Below are positions 1-9,555 of a DNA stretch of 64,000 bases, piece after piece. The DNA is taken from assembly GCA_963765145.1 (NCBI GenBank), contig CAVXVG010000029.1, positions 128,001-192,000 of the forward strand, given 5' to 3'. The translations under genes were made by a program, and so were the position numbers. Position 1 is the stretch's first letter; every line of letters begins with the position of its first letter. The notes below the pieces were generated by a model. It had not been told where the DNA came from and did no database searches. It saw only the letters and a list, made by a program, of their open reading frames with translations. Source of the stretch: Parachlamydiales bacterium. GTDB taxonomy: Bacteria; Chlamydiota; Chlamydiia; Chlamydiales; JAJFMK01.

Positions 1-2
1 AA

Positions 3-224
3 CTTGTTCAAAACTCAGAGCCGGTCACCCACCTTCGGGATGTTAACTCAGCCCTCTCTTTCGCCAGACAAGGAAAGTTTAAATTTGCCGCTGTTACTTT
101 AGTAAGCCCCCTCACCAGCGCGTGCAGGCATCTTTTTATGTATGCTTGCAAACAAAGTATGCCTCCACATGTGTACGACACCGCTAAAACCGTTGCTTAT
201 TTACAACAGCATGGCATTGTATAA
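3..224 (+). CDS. 3' end of an ORF entering from outside the window, hypothetical
   Basis: Open frame from base 3 (LVQNSEPVTHLRD...YLQQHGIV) to TAA at 222-224; no recognisable motif. Confidence 0.45.
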   Translation, partial: LVQNSEPVTHLRDVNSALSFARQGKFKFAAVTLVSPLTSACRHLFMYACKQSMPPHVYDTAKTVAYLQQHGIV

Positions 225-438
225 TCAAGAAAAAAGGCCCGGCCCCTTTAAAGCCCAACTTACTCAACCACATTTCGGCCCTATTTTCCTTCTCATAATC
301 GCCAAGCGGTTCATCTTTAAGTGCTTCTAAGAGAGGTCATGAAGGTACGATTTTAGCTAGCTTCATTCAAAATTTATATATCATAAATATTTTTAAATTA
401 AAATAAAAATATATTTAATGGGGGATGAGGGATAAACA

Positions 439-1059
439 ATGGCTAACAAAGTAGATAGACCATCCGTAGGGGGAGATTACCCTTCCGAGGGAGAAAAAAA
501 CGTTCAACTTTCGGTCAAATCAAAGCCTAGTGCTTCTATTCAAGCTACCACCAACCCTTCTTTTTCTTCTTTAGATAAAATACTTCAAAAAATAAAAGCA
601 TTGTTCGCAAAAATGCGTCCTGTTAGTCCTTCTTTTAAGGCATCGACCACTCCAACTAAAGAAAGTAAGGATGTGGAAATAGCGGTCAAAACTAGTCTAA
701 ATTTCAATACTATGGATATAACTGAGGAAAATGTAAAAGCGCATATACAGTATTTAAAAAATGAAATAGCGCAAAGAAAGGATGCGGTCAAGGAATTGAA
801 GGCTGACTTAAAAAAATACCGCCAACAATTTGATACGAATCCATCTTACAAGAACGCAGAAATAGGGATTAGGCGCATAGAATCTGAATTGGAAGATTTG
901 CTTTCCAAAATCAAGAGAGATAAAGGCTATCTTGAAGTAGCAGAAAAGCACACCCTTCCACAGGCCATAGAGTTGGATAAGAGTAGGAAGGAACATGAAG
1001 AATTCCAAAAACGCCTCCCATCTAAATATCCTCCAGCTGACCTTGACTCTAAGCGATGA
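439..1059 (+). CDS. hypothetical coiled-coil protein with Ser/Pro/Thr-rich N-terminus (possible secreted effector)
   Basis: 206 aa ORF, GAGGG RBS, AT-rich upstream region, heptad-like C-terminal half. Confidence 0.7.
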   Translation: MANKVDRPSVGGDYPSEGEKNVQLSVKSKPSASIQATTNPSFSSLDKILQKIKALFAKMRPVSPSFKASTTPTKESKDVEIAVKTSLNFNTMDITEENVKAHIQYLKNEIAQRKDAVKELKADLKKYRQQFDTNPSYKNAEIGIRRIESELEDLLSKIKRDKGYLEVAEKHTLPQAIELDKSRKEHEEFQKRLPSKYPPADLDSKR

Positions 1060-1112
1060 AGTTTGGAGTCGAAGTTTACGTATTGGATCTCACTCAGCTC
1101 TTTTTTAGTCTT

Positions 1113-1262
1113 CTAAAACACAATGTTGATGGCGCCGACGACGCTGGAAAAGCGGGGGGTGTTTCTGCCTGCGACGGAGAAGATGGAGCCAACAATGACC
1201 CCAATGTCTTTATTGAAATTATATTCGACCGCAGGAACTAAGCTGAATTGGATGTCAGAACC
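1113..1262 (-). pseudogene. C-terminal fragment of an outer-membrane beta-barrel/transporter-like protein
   Basis: Minus strand reads SDIQFSLVPAVEYNFNKDIGVIVGSIFSVAGRNTPRFSSVVGAINIVF*: alternating beta-strand pattern, terminal Phe, no start or upstream body. Confidence 0.5.
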
Positions 1263-1336
1263 TCGATATTACCATGCCGGAGCCGAGCTTCCAAGGAGTG
1301 GTGGCAGACTGGACCAAGCCCTTCTAATTAATGGAG

Positions 1337-1768
1337 TTATTGAATCGGATAGGCGTACGAAATCGATATTTTCCAAGACCCATCTTGCTGGCGCCTGAAT
1401 ACATCCAAGCCATTTTCAACGATGGTTTCTGTCGAGGTTTTTAAGACCCACACTAACCTAACGACTGCTAAATCTCGATCCACCATGATCGATTGAATTT
1501 GAGGTGGAGAATAGGAGTATTTTTTACCAGGATCGGAGAGAACTTCTTTAAAATGTCGGCACATCGCCTCATAATTTCGATCCGGCGCTAAAGGATATTG
1601 AGCAACAAGATCCGGAGCAAAAAGACTGCAAACAGCCGGTATATTTTTATCGTTGAAATCCTGAGACCATTTGACTAGCGCTTGGCGGATCTCATTCGTA
1701 GGATCTCCTCCATCAGCAAACATAAAAGAGATCGAGAATAGAGTGAAACAAAGTAGAAACCGAAACAT
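1337..1768 (-). CDS. secreted NTF2/SnoaL-like (YybH/DUF4440-type) protein
   Basis: Signal peptide; C-terminal DVFRRQQDGSWKI motif typical of NTF2-like proteins. Confidence 0.8.
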   Translation of the reverse strand: MFRFLLCFTLFSISFMFADGGDPTNEIRQALVKWSQDFNDKNIPAVCSLFAPDLVAQYPLAPDRNYEAMCRHFKEVLSDPGKKYSYSPPQIQSIMVDRDLAVVRLVWVLKTSTETIVENGLDVFRRQQDGSWKISISYAYPIQ

Positions 1769-1888
1769 TTTTAGTCCTCACAGTCGCACAATGGTAATAA
1801 CCACCAAAATTTGCAAATGCTATTTTTACCGTTTTAATTTTTACTTAACAATTTAGGAGTACAATGGACGATCAATCAAGAGGTAACG

Positions 1889-2875
1889 ATGTCGTCCATT
1901 AACCTAAACTGGCTAAGAGAGTACACGCCTGGTTTGCCCGATGCAGAACGCTTGAGTGACTGCAAAATCATGTTAGGGATCGGCGCAGCAATTTTAAACT
2001 ACCTCCCGCCAACAAGAACCGCCGGATCACTTCTACTCCGCTCCATCAACCTTGTCTCATCTTCTTCCTTAGCAGTAAAAGCCCAAACTAATAACGATCG
2101 TTGGAACCTTTTTGTCGAAAGCACAAAAGTGATCACACTTGCCATTGGAATGGTAGGTGTTATCACAGGACACCGCTTGACTGAGACCGCATGCGTCGCA
2201 TCTGACACTGGTCTTCAGGCTCTAGAGCTTTGCAAAGCCTTGCACAAGGGGCATCACGGGGAAGCTTGGAGTCACTTAATTGGCATCGGCATGAACGCCT
2301 TCACACTGGCAGCTCTTCTCTCACGCTCTACAAACCCTCTACTGGTAGCAGCTGGTGTCAATGTGATCGCCTTTTGCGCTATCTCGGCCATCAAAGCTTC
2401 TGCCTTCGCAAGCATCAACAAACAATTCCAGACCGAACAGGCGCCCGAGAAGAAAACGCAACTTCTACAGCAGCAAAGACGACTGCTGATTGAAATGCTC
2501 TACTACTCAATACTAGGTCTTGGCGCTTACGGCAACCTCTACCACACAATGAGCAAAATGAAACCGCAAGAACGGACCCATTTTACCGTCAACAACCCGA
2601 CGGGTCGACTAATGGTGATTGAAAGTGACCGTGTGCCAAAACAGGTGATTCAACCTGGAGGAACAGCAGAATTCGACATCGTGCATCAAGGAAACTCTTC
2701 TCAATCATTTTTCAAAGTGGCCAGTATCCACTACTACAATACCGATAAAACGCCACATAAAACCCCTGTCAAGATTGGCTACGCCCTTTTTCATCGTCCG
2801 GTAGATCCCAAAACAATTGCCACAGCGACTCTCCCCCACCCCACCCCTTTTGGTCATTTTTTTGATATCACTTGA
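1889..2875 (+). CDS. multi-pass membrane hypothetical protein with C-terminal beta domain (paralog 1)
   Basis: 328 aa with several hydrophobic segments; N-terminal ~220 aa similar to the next ORF. Confidence 0.75.
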   Translation: MSSINLNWLREYTPGLPDAERLSDCKIMLGIGAAILNYLPPTRTAGSLLLRSINLVSSSSLAVKAQTNNDRWNLFVESTKVITLAIGMVGVITGHRLTETACVASDTGLQALELCKALHKGHHGEAWSHLIGIGMNAFTLAALLSRSTNPLLVAAGVNVIAFCAISAIKASAFASINKQFQTEQAPEKKTQLLQQQRRLLIEMLYYSILGLGAYGNLYHTMSKMKPQERTHFTVNNPTGRLMVIESDRVPKQVIQPGGTAEFDIVHQGNSSQSFFKVASIHYYNTDKTPHKTPVKIGYALFHRPVDPKTIATATLPHPTPFGHFFDIT

Positions 2876-2933
2876 GCCACTTGCGGCTCTTTAACAGACG
2901 CGAGTACAATGACGTCGAAACCAGGAGGTTACG

Positions 2934-3596
2934 ATGTCTATCATCACCAATTGGATCAGGGCCAATGCGCCCAGACTACCCGATGGAGAAACGCTCATCA
3001 ACTTTAAAATCGGGTTGAAAATCGGGGCAACCCTATTAAACCAGCTTCCTCCTACTAAAGCAGCCGGATCACTCATACTTCGCTCCATCAACGTAGCCAC
3101 ATCTGCAAGAATTGCCACCAATGCTAGAGACCGTTGGAGTTTTTTTATTGAAAGCACAAGAGTGACCATTCTTGCCATTAGCTTGGCGGGTGTTGCCACA
3201 GGACGCCCTCTACTTGAAGCAGCATACATGGTCTCTGATGTTGGCCTTGAGGCTATAGAGCTGGGCAAAGCCTTGTATGAGAAGGACCGAGAGGAAGCAT
3301 TAAGTCATTTAATGGATATCGGCATGAGCACTCTCACACTAACAGCGATTTTCACACATTCCAAACGCCTCCTAATGCTAGCAGGTACTATCAACATGAT
3401 CACATTTTGCACCCTCATGCTGAAAAAAGACTCTGTCCTTGCAAGCATCAACAAAACAATTAAGGCTCTAGGGCCACCCGAGGAAAAAACAGAGCTCCCA
3501 CAAAAGCGAAAAAGGCTGCTGCTTGAAACCGTTTATTACATCACATTGAGCCTTGGCGCCTGCAATAGCCTCTACAGCACAATTAGAAAGAAGTAG
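2934..3596 (+). CDS. multi-pass membrane hypothetical protein (paralog 2)
   Basis: Shares NW.R...P.LPD, IGA..LN.LPPT..AGSL.LRSIN, ASINK and RLL.E..YY with 1889-2875. Confidence 0.75.
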   Translation: MSIITNWIRANAPRLPDGETLINFKIGLKIGATLLNQLPPTKAAGSLILRSINVATSARIATNARDRWSFFIESTRVTILAISLAGVATGRPLLEAAYMVSDVGLEAIELGKALYEKDREEALSHLMDIGMSTLTLTAIFTHSKRLLMLAGTINMITFCTLMLKKDSVLASINKTIKALGPPEEKTELPQKRKRLLLETVYYITLSLGACNSLYSTIRKK

Positions 3597-3604
3597 TCTA
3601 CTAC

Positions 3605-4722
3605 CGCGAAGCGTTTGGAGTGCTAAACGGCCTTGTTGCATAATTAAGCTTAATTTGGACAAATATTGTAGCTTAGGCTTTAGAGGCACTTGCAAAAATC
3701 AGGTTAAGCTTAAAATAGGCCCGCAAGGGCCGAAATATGAAAGCCCAGCGCCGAAGGCCTGGGTAAGAGTTGCAAATAGAAATTGGAGTCCTGAAGGGAC
3801 GACATATCCTGTTCTATAAATAGTCTAGAAGGCAATTATGCCGTCCTTTCAGGACTCCAATTATATTTCACATTTGTAACCCAGGCCTTCGGCGCTGGGC
3901 TTTCATATTTCGGTCCTTCGGACCTATTTTCTAGAGAAAAACCAACTATTCGAATTTTGCAAGTGGCTCTTTAGCCTGAGCTTGTTTTGCGGGGTTTTAA
4001 CCCCGCACATCTTCTGCAGGACTAAAGTCCTGCAAAACGAGCTCAGACTAAAGGGGCACTTGCAAAAATCGGACTCCAGATCACAATAGACCCTTATGTA
4101 TTGCATTAACCTAAGGAAAAGCTTCCTATAAATTAAACAGGATGAACAGGATCGCTCATCGAGCGACAGGATAAGCTCCGCCTAGCTTTATCATTTTGAA
4201 AATAGAAATCATTTTGTTGGCGAAGCTTATCCTGTTCACCCTGTTCATCCTGTTATTTTTATCTTGTAACCAAGAACTCTTAAGAGATGTTAAGGGCTTT
4301 ATCAGAGTTTATTCTGATTTTTGCAAGTGCCTCTAAAGTCTAAGCTACATTTTTTAATTAGAGATTGAATTATGCAACAAGGCCGTGCTAAAGTCCTGTT
4401 TAGCACGGCCTTGTTGCATAATTGTTCGCAACGTTTCTCTACTCCTGCAGCCTTACAGGCTGCCAATTTTATTCTCCAACTTAACCCGGGGCGTTGCCCG
4501 CGGGCTGTTGCAACTATCCGGCTTTCAGCCGGAAAATCCTAGCAATACAGGCTTTTCCCTTGGCCTGAAAGGCCAAAATTGCAACAGCCCGTGGGCAACG
4601 CCCCGGGTTTAGGATGAAACTTTATATGGCAGCCTGAAGGGCTGCAGGAGAAACGGGGAATCACGTGCAATTATGCAACAAGGCCGTGCTAAACTCCTGT
4701 TTAGCACTCCAAACGCTTCGCG
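3605..4722. mobile_element. nested composite of palindromic/MITE-like repeats: A[B1[C[D1[E], D2[F]]], B2[G]]
   Basis: A arms CGCGAAGCGTTTGGAGTGCTAAAC/GTTTAGCACTCCAAACGCTTCGCG; B1 3629-4384 and B2 4407-4685 (TIR GGCCTTGTTGCATAATT); C 3665-4351; D1 3683-3969 and D2 4053-4333 (TIR GAGGCACTTGCAAAAATC, TSD TTTA/TAAA); E 3712-3930; F ~4074-4280; G 4442-4650. Confidence 0.9.
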
Positions 4723-4739
4723 GAATAAAAATAAAAGAT

Positions 4740-5927
4740 TTAGGCTTTGCGCAAGGCTTTCTTTTTGGATATTTGAAATAAAATGGGGTTCAACACAATA
4801 GAAATGATTGCGCAAGCAACAATAACGTCATAGCCTTCAACGGGCAAAAGCTCAATCCTTGAAGCTTCTTCAGCTAAGATAAAAGAGAACTCGCCGATTT
4901 GTGCAAGTGCAATCCCTACTGTAAGGGCTACTTGCCTTGAATAGCCCATACCAATGGTAATCAAAAAGGCAGTTAACGGCTTTATCAATATAATAACAGC
5001 TAAAATCCCCAGAAAAATTGGATAGTAGGAAATAACAATAGCAGGGTTAAACAACATCCCGATAGACAAGAAGAAAATAATCGAGAAAATATCTCTAAAG
5101 GGCAGCGCATGTGTTGCTGCTTGACGCCTGTCATTTGATTTTCCAATGATCATTCCTGCAATAAAGGCTCCAAGAGGAATTGAAGTGCCGAAAACGACCG
5201 CCGACCCCGTTGCTATCAAGAAGACAAGGGCTAAAACTGCTAAAGTGAACATCTCTTCAGAATGTAATTTAGCTACCTTAGCCAGTATATACGAAACTAT
5301 CTTCTGCCCCCATGTAAGCATTAAAGCAACCAATACTGCAAACTTTAAAAGCAGAAATAAAATAGAGCCTAAAATGTCGAGGCCAGAAAAATCGGTGCCG
5401 TGTGAAAAGGCAGCGACTTGAGGCAAAACAAGCAATACAATGACAGTGAAAATATCTTCAACGACAAGCCAGCCGATTGCAATTTGCCCTTCAACAGTTT
5501 TTAGAAGACGATTGTCCGTTAAATTCTTCACTAGAACAGCTGTGCTCGCGACTCCTACTGAAATCCCTGTAATCGCCCCTGCCATAAGAGACCAACCGGC
5601 ACTATAAGTTAATAGCATAGTGACGATGGTAGCTATTAGCGTTTGAGTCAACGCCCCTGTAATAGCTATGTTTTTTACCTTAATTAAGTCATCTATTTTA
5701 AAGTGCATCCCCACGCCAAACAGCATTAAGATGACACCAACTTCTGCAAGTTGTTCTGCAATGACTAAGTCGGCAACAAATCCAGGAGAAAACGGACCGA
5801 TAATATATCCAGCAATGAGATATCCGAAGACAGACGATAATTTCAACCTTTGCGCAATATAAGCAAAGACGCAAGCCAGAGACAGTCCTATGGTAAAAAT
5901 AAATAGTATCTCTAAATGTGCTTGCAT
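4740..5927 (-). CDS. CPA2-family cation:proton antiporter (YbaL/KefC-like), membrane domain only
   Basis: GYLIAGYIIGP, LAEVGVILMLFGVG, STAV, GWLVVED, GAFIAG and AQIGEFSF motifs. Confidence 0.9.
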   Translation of the reverse strand: MQAHLEILFIFTIGLSLACVFAYIAQRLKLSSVFGYLIAGYIIGPFSPGFVADLVIAEQLAEVGVILMLFGVGMHFKIDDLIKVKNIAITGALTQTLIATIVTMLLTYSAGWSLMAGAITGISVGVASTAVLVKNLTDNRLLKTVEGQIAIGWLVVEDIFTVIVLLVLPQVAAFSHGTDFSGLDILGSILFLLLKFAVLVALMLTWGQKIVSYILAKVAKLHSEEMFTLAVLALVFLIATGSAVVFGTSIPLGAFIAGMIIGKSNDRRQAATHALPFRDIFSIIFFLSIGMLFNPAIVISYYPIFLGILAVIILIKPLTAFLITIGMGYSRQVALTVGIALAQIGEFSFILAEEASRIELLPVEGYDVIVACAIISIVLNPILFQISKKKALRKA

Positions 5928-5957
5928 AATTTTTTCCTATACTTATCTATATTCCCT

Positions 5958-6686
5958 TTAAAAGTTTAAGCCAAGCTCAAGACTCCTTCCTGTAGAGACT
6001 ACCACCTCAGATCCTTCAGCCAAAAAAGCTGATGTTGGCTTACTTTCTAAAAAGGGTGCAAAAGCAGCCCCATACAAATCTTTCATTTCCACGTCTACGT
6101 CACATTGCTTTGCTTTCCAAATACGCCAACGAGGATGCTCTACCTGATATTCCATTGTGCTTTTATCTCGTTGAGTACTATATCCCCAAAAATGTTCGGT
6201 TATAAATTCTTCTTCAGATCCAGCTATTGGAAGGTAAGGCTCTCCTTGGCACTGCAAACTCATTCGTTGCCATCTTTTATTGAATTGCCATGCATATTCG
6301 GCTGAAATGGCTGTCTCTTTTTGCTCAATGTGATGCTTCATAGGAAGAGATGTATAATTTTCGTTGTACAAACGACGGGCTAAATAGGCTATTGCCCATC
6401 TAGGAACAATCTCCTTTATAAAAACCACTCCCCTACGGCCATCCTCATCCTTTTTTGCGTAAAAACGTAAATTAACTTCCTCGAAATTTCTGTGAAAAGG
6501 AATAGGAAACCCTTTTACACGTGTATCAAGGAACATAAACCCAACAAGGCTCACATAAGCTTTCCCGTTCCAAAGATCAATCTTTGTCCCTTGTGGAGTA
6601 AAAGGAACCAATACAGAGGGGTCTATTTCGTAATTGATCATTACGAGATATTTCCACTTAGCTGTAAGAAAAGGATCTAGGACCAT
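5958..6686 (-). CDS. YqjF/DUF2071 family protein
   Basis: FLTAKWKYL, FEEVNLRFY, FITEHFWGY and VEHPRW motifs. Confidence 0.85.
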   Translation of the reverse strand: MVLDPFLTAKWKYLVMINYEIDPSVLVPFTPQGTKIDLWNGKAYVSLVGFMFLDTRVKGFPIPFHRNFEEVNLRFYAKKDEDGRRGVVFIKEIVPRWAIAYLARRLYNENYTSLPMKHHIEQKETAISAEYAWQFNKRWQRMSLQCQGEPYLPIAGSEEEFITEHFWGYSTQRDKSTMEYQVEHPRWRIWKAKQCDVDVEMKDLYGAAFAPFLESKPTSAFLAEGSEVVVSTGRSLELGLNF

Positions 6687-6701
6687 TAGTGAATTTCCCT
6701 T

Positions 6702-7442
6702 TTAGGGCAAAAGTAAGGCGCTAGCTTCGACTCGAATCTCTTTTAATTTGGCGCAAAAAAAAGTGTAAGACAACCAAATCATATTGACGAACATAAACGA
6801 AAATATAATATATAGATCAATCTTCACGGACATTATTCTGAACATGAATATAACGAGAATGAGAAATTGCATCCCCATTCCAATCAGGTTTCCTATTCTA
6901 AAATTGAAGCTCTGATACAAAAAGAAGTAAAACCACCCACCAACTAATATAAAAACAAAAAATATTGGTGCTAACCATACAAATAGTCCAGAATCTAGAA
7001 GAAGGTTTTTTCCTTTATCATTCTGATAAACAGCGCTAAAAATCCGATCTTTTGAATAGCCCTTTTCGAGATAAACATTCATCTCTTTTTTAAATTTTTC
7101 ATCCGCTTTTAACAGAGAATCAAACTTTTCCTTTGCATATATTTCTTCAACACAAAAAAAGGAAAGTAAGAGAGAGAATGACATGCTGAGTATAAAAGAG
7201 TACAACCAAAACCTGCTCATTCTATGTTCTCTTTTTTTTAGGGTCGATGTTGCGTCAGGGCTGACTTGACCTAATAGAGAGGCCTGTTTTCTTTTGTAGA
7301 CTTTCAAGGCCTCATCATAAAATTGAGGGTTTTCGTTCAATATTTGATGGAATGCAGTGTCTAGGGACGCAATATCCGTAGAGGAGTTCATTTTGCTAAA
7401 CATTTGATCGACAACATCCTTGTCGTTACCCTGCTCTTTCAT
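6702..7442 (-). CDS. hypothetical membrane protein (AT-rich)
   Basis: 246 aa ORF with about 4 hydrophobic segments. Confidence 0.6.
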   Translation of the reverse strand: MKEQGNDKDVVDQMFSKMNSSTDIASLDTAFHQILNENPQFYDEALKVYKRKQASLLGQVSPDATSTLKKREHRMSRFWLYSFILSMSFSLLLSFFCVEEIYAKEKFDSLLKADEKFKKEMNVYLEKGYSKDRIFSAVYQNDKGKNLLLDSGLFVWLAPIFFVFILVGGWFYFFLYQSFNFRIGNLIGMGMQFLILVIFMFRIMSVKIDLYIIFSFMFVNMIWLSYTFFCAKLKEIRVEASALLLP

Positions 7443-7552
7443 CTTGCATTTCTCTTTAGAACATTAAAATTTTACACCCTATAAGCAAAATTTACAACAG
7501 AAGGAGCCACTTCCTCTTTTACTGTAAAAATTCTTGATTTAACGATTGGAAG

Positions 7553-8878
7553 TTGGTATCAGGAAGCAAGGTTTCTTTTGAATACATGAATAAATTCTTC
7601 CTTATAATCACCCTTACACTTGGCTTTCTAGTCATATTGGCAGATGGAATCTCCATTACCAGTGGCTTAGCTCTGGCCCTAATGGCCTTTTCTCTTATTA
7701 CCATCTATTTGTATGCCAAAAGGGAAGAAATGAAGGAAAAGGAAGTGATCTCTTTAGAGAAAATAAGAAATGCGATCATGACCCATTCTCGAGAAATCAT
7801 TCTTACATTGGATCCAGAAGGAATCATCTTGTCATGCAATAAAATGGTAGAGAAAATGACAGGTTATAAAGCCTCTGATTTGATTGGCAAAAACTTTACT
7901 GGTTTTATCCATGTAAAAGACGATGAAAAAAATTTGAAAAATTTCTCCAAAAAATATTCCAAGGATTTTAAAACTTTTTCCGACCTTCTTCTTTTTGCAC
8001 AAGAGCTACCGATTGAAGAGGATGTAATTTGGAGTTTTAAAGAGAACAAACAACTTTATTTTCAAGCTTCGATTACTCCTCTTAGGGATGCGGAATCGGC
8101 TTTTATTGGGTTTTTGGTAGAGGGCAATGAGATCACAGACAGAATTAAACTGAGTGAAAAGCTTCTCGAAAGCAGCGCTGCCACTCAAAATGCCCAACAA
8201 GCGCAACATCGATTTTTAGTCAGTATGAGCCATGACCTTCGCACTCCTTTAACAGCAATCATTGGGTATACTGAAGTGTTAAGGACAAATAGCGAAAATA
8301 ATTTATCGGATAAACAACTGGCGTTTTTGCAGCGGATAGATGAAAGCGGACAGCATCTGTTAGAGATGATCAACGACATCATGTTGCTTGAAAAATTTGA
8401 AACAAGAAAAGAGGTTCTTAAAATATCCGAAGTTAGAGTTGGTGATCTGCTCACAGAGATTTTCCAGGATGTTGAAACGCTTGCGGAAAAGAAAAAGATC
8501 AGTTTAGAGATAGAAGGGCTGCAAAATTGCGCGCCTATCTCAACTGATGAAGAGAAACTCTACCGTATTTTATCAAACCTCATTGTGAATGCCGTTAAGT
8601 TCACTCCGCAAGGGTCGGTAAGAGTTGTGATAACACAGGATGAACAGACTCATCAACCTGTTAAGATACAAGTGATAGATACAGGCATTGGAATTGATCT
8701 CCGTTATCACCCTCAAATCTTCGAGCCCTTTTTTCAGATCCATCGTGAAGCGAATAGAGGAACAGGCAACGGGTTAGGACTCTCTATTTGCAAAGCCTAT
8801 TCACAACTCCTAGGCTACAAAATATCTTTTAAAAGCGAGTTAGGAAAAGGCAGCACTTTCACTCTTGACCTATCCTAA
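7553..8878 (+). CDS. PAS-domain sensor histidine kinase
   Basis: N-terminal TM segments, PAS, H-box MSHDLRTPL, N-box NLIVNAVKFT, G-boxes DTGIGI and GNGLGL; true start probably ATG 7586. Confidence 0.92.
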   Translation: MVSGSKVSFEYMNKFFLIITLTLGFLVILADGISITSGLALALMAFSLITIYLYAKREEMKEKEVISLEKIRNAIMTHSREIILTLDPEGIILSCNKMVEKMTGYKASDLIGKNFTGFIHVKDDEKNLKNFSKKYSKDFKTFSDLLLFAQELPIEEDVIWSFKENKQLYFQASITPLRDAESAFIGFLVEGNEITDRIKLSEKLLESSAATQNAQQAQHRFLVSMSHDLRTPLTAIIGYTEVLRTNSENNLSDKQLAFLQRIDESGQHLLEMINDIMLLEKFETRKEVLKISEVRVGDLLTEIFQDVETLAEKKKISLEIEGLQNCAPISTDEEKLYRILSNLIVNAVKFTPQGSVRVVITQDEQTHQPVKIQVIDTGIGIDLRYHPQIFEPFFQIHREANRGTGNGLGLSICKAYSQLLGYKISFKSELGKGSTFTLDLS

Positions 8879-8935
8879 GCAAGAACCCTTTATTTCCCCT
8901 TTGCTTTCAAAGGAATTTATACTATTACCTGGCAT

Positions 8936-9514
8936 ATGGACAGCTTCACCGTTTCAGGAAACATTGTAAATTTGGTCGATCGAAAGATCTTTTCAGGAAC
9001 GATCGTTGTTAGTGATGGAGTCATTGCATCTGTGACCCCATCGAAAGAGGCTTCATCCCAACAATTTATCTTGCCCGGTTTTATTGATGCCCATGTGCAT
9101 GTAGAAAGCTCCATGCTTGTCCCATCAGAGTTTGCAAGGCTGGCTGTCCCTCACGGAACTGTCGCAACTGTTTCTGATCCCCATGAAATTGGGAATGAAG
9201 CGTTTCTCGACGGAGATAGGTGCAGCACATATCTTGAATATAACGCTCGCAGAGGTCACCTCTTAAAAGTTAAATTCATATTAGCTCACGCAGCAAACCC
9301 TAATGAAACGCATCAAGACAAACACCTGCCCACACTTTATGCAGCAATTGAAGGAAAAGACCAAGAGGTGATCAAAGAGATCATAAAAAAAGGGGCGCGC
9401 CCTTTAGATAAGCATCCATTAAGTGCACTCAACAAAAGAAGCAGGCACCCCGGTGTTGTTTACGACCTGGCCAGCATTGCCTTTGCTGAGGCCGAACTTG
9501 CTGCTATCGATTAG
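8936..9514 (+). pseudogene. chimeric ORF: adenine deaminase N-terminal fragment fused to ankyrin-like repeats
   Basis: PGFIDAHVHVESSM...HGT...SDPHEIGN is the Ade N-terminus; then an abrupt switch to TYLEYNARRGHLLKVKFILAHAANPN / PTLYAAIEGKDQEVIKEIIKKGA. Confidence 0.7.
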
Positions 9515-9555
9515 AAGCTTCGCTATATCCCAAAAGTGGTAAATCAGCTAAAGAA

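Noticed and set aside
3605..4722. Possible CRISPR array
   Set aside because: The repeats are inverted and nested, not regularly spaced direct repeats with unique spacers; no cas genes are present
3553..4815. Short ORFs at 3553-3819, 3924-4106, 4385-4612 and 4609-4815
   Set aside because: They lie largely within palindromic repeats and are translation artefacts; the same applies to 15174-15383, 15535-15768 and 39405-39671
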